This document shows, piece by piece, positions 53,323-53,631 of a DNA stretch of 53,631 bases. Where the stretch lies: assembly GCA_031273495.1 (NCBI GenBank), contig JAISRT010000041.1:1-53631 (forward strand). The letters are read 5' to 3'. Both the position numbers and the translations under genes were made by a program. The notes below the pieces were generated by a model. The model saw only the letters and a program-made list of their open reading frames with translations, made no database searches and was not told the DNA's origin. Within the stretch, counting starts at the first letter, position 1, and each line of letters begins with the position of its first letter. Source of the stretch: Candidatus Ancillula kalotermitis. GTDB lineage: Bacteria; Actinomycetota; Actinomycetes; Actinomycetales; Bifidobacteriaceae.

Positions 53323-53479
53323 GGTCAAACTCGCTTGCGAGTTTGGCAATTGGCGGAAGGAGAGCTCGGCGTCCACCCGCGCTAGCGCGCGGGCCCCTGA
53401 GACGCACCCGCCCGCCCGCGAGCGCAGCGGTTCTTCCTCTCGAAGTTAAATCTGTTATGAATAGCACTTACTGAATTCG
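53323..53479. repeat. Terminal direct repeat copy 1 (157 nt, with a GC-rich ~50-nt insert)
   Basis: The GGTCAAACTCGCTTGCGAGTTTGGCAA...GAGCGCAGCGGTTCTTCCTCTCGAAGTTAAATCTGTTATGAATAGCACTTACTGAATTCG blocks recur at 53519. Confidence 0.9.
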
Positions 53480-53518
53480 TCAGGGTGGCTTCGCCGCCCT
53501 GCGAATGAAGCTAAATAA

Positions 53519-53631
53519 GGTCAAACTCGCTTGCGAGTTTGGCAAATAAGCGGAAGGAGAGCTCGAGAGGAGAGCGCAGCGGTTCTTCCTCTCGAAGTTA
53601 AATCTGTTATGAATAGCACTTACTGAATTCG
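53519..53631. repeat. Terminal direct repeat copy 2 (113 nt, runs to the window end)
   Basis: Same blocks as 53323-53479 but lacks the GC-rich insert. The window ends exactly at the repeat end. Confidence 0.9.

Noticed and set aside
1-53631. Naming the organism, for example Tropheryma or another reduced low-GC actinobacterium.
   Set aside because: The guess rests only on gene content, apparent base composition and operon scrambling. It cannot be verified without a database search, so it is mentioned only as a guess in the summary.

Overview
This is a 53.6-kb chromosomal segment with actinobacterial signatures: a WhiB-family gene, the fhaA-fhaB-pstP-rodA-pbpA-pknB block, and many leaderless genes. 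By eye (not computed) its G+C is low for that phylum, and its housekeeping operons are fragmented, so it looks like a reduced genome. A Tropheryma-like organism is only a guess I cannot verify. I call 49 CDS, 3 tRNA genes (Arg-CCG, Pro-GGG, Val-GAC) and 1 tRNA pseudogene. I see no rRNA, CRISPR, transposase, integrase or phage genes. The coding content is almost entirely housekeeping, so the unusual signals are in the non-coding architecture. (1) One rigid extended -10 box, TGCTAYAMT, sits 6-7 nt upstream of the start codon of at least nine genes. (2) Three ORFs, most clearly priA and a GT2 glycosyltransferase, have conserved N-termini with no ATG/GTG/TTG; each opens with an in-frame ATC/ATA/ATT at the predicted transcription start. 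(3) Two tRNA genes are each followed, after the discriminator base plus one C, by the start codon of a protein gene. (4) A GC-rich, modular REP/BIME-like repeat superfamily occupies operon boundaries; its core 9-bp hairpin shows compensatory base changes between copies. (5) Two further small repeat families exist. One is flanked by an 11-bp direct repeat and supplies the only canonical start codon of holB. The other carries its own promoter box. (6) The tRNA-Val locus is partly duplicated and includes a pseudo-tRNA. All coordinates come from reading the sequence by hand. No database search was possible, so I cannot confirm that any of this is novel.
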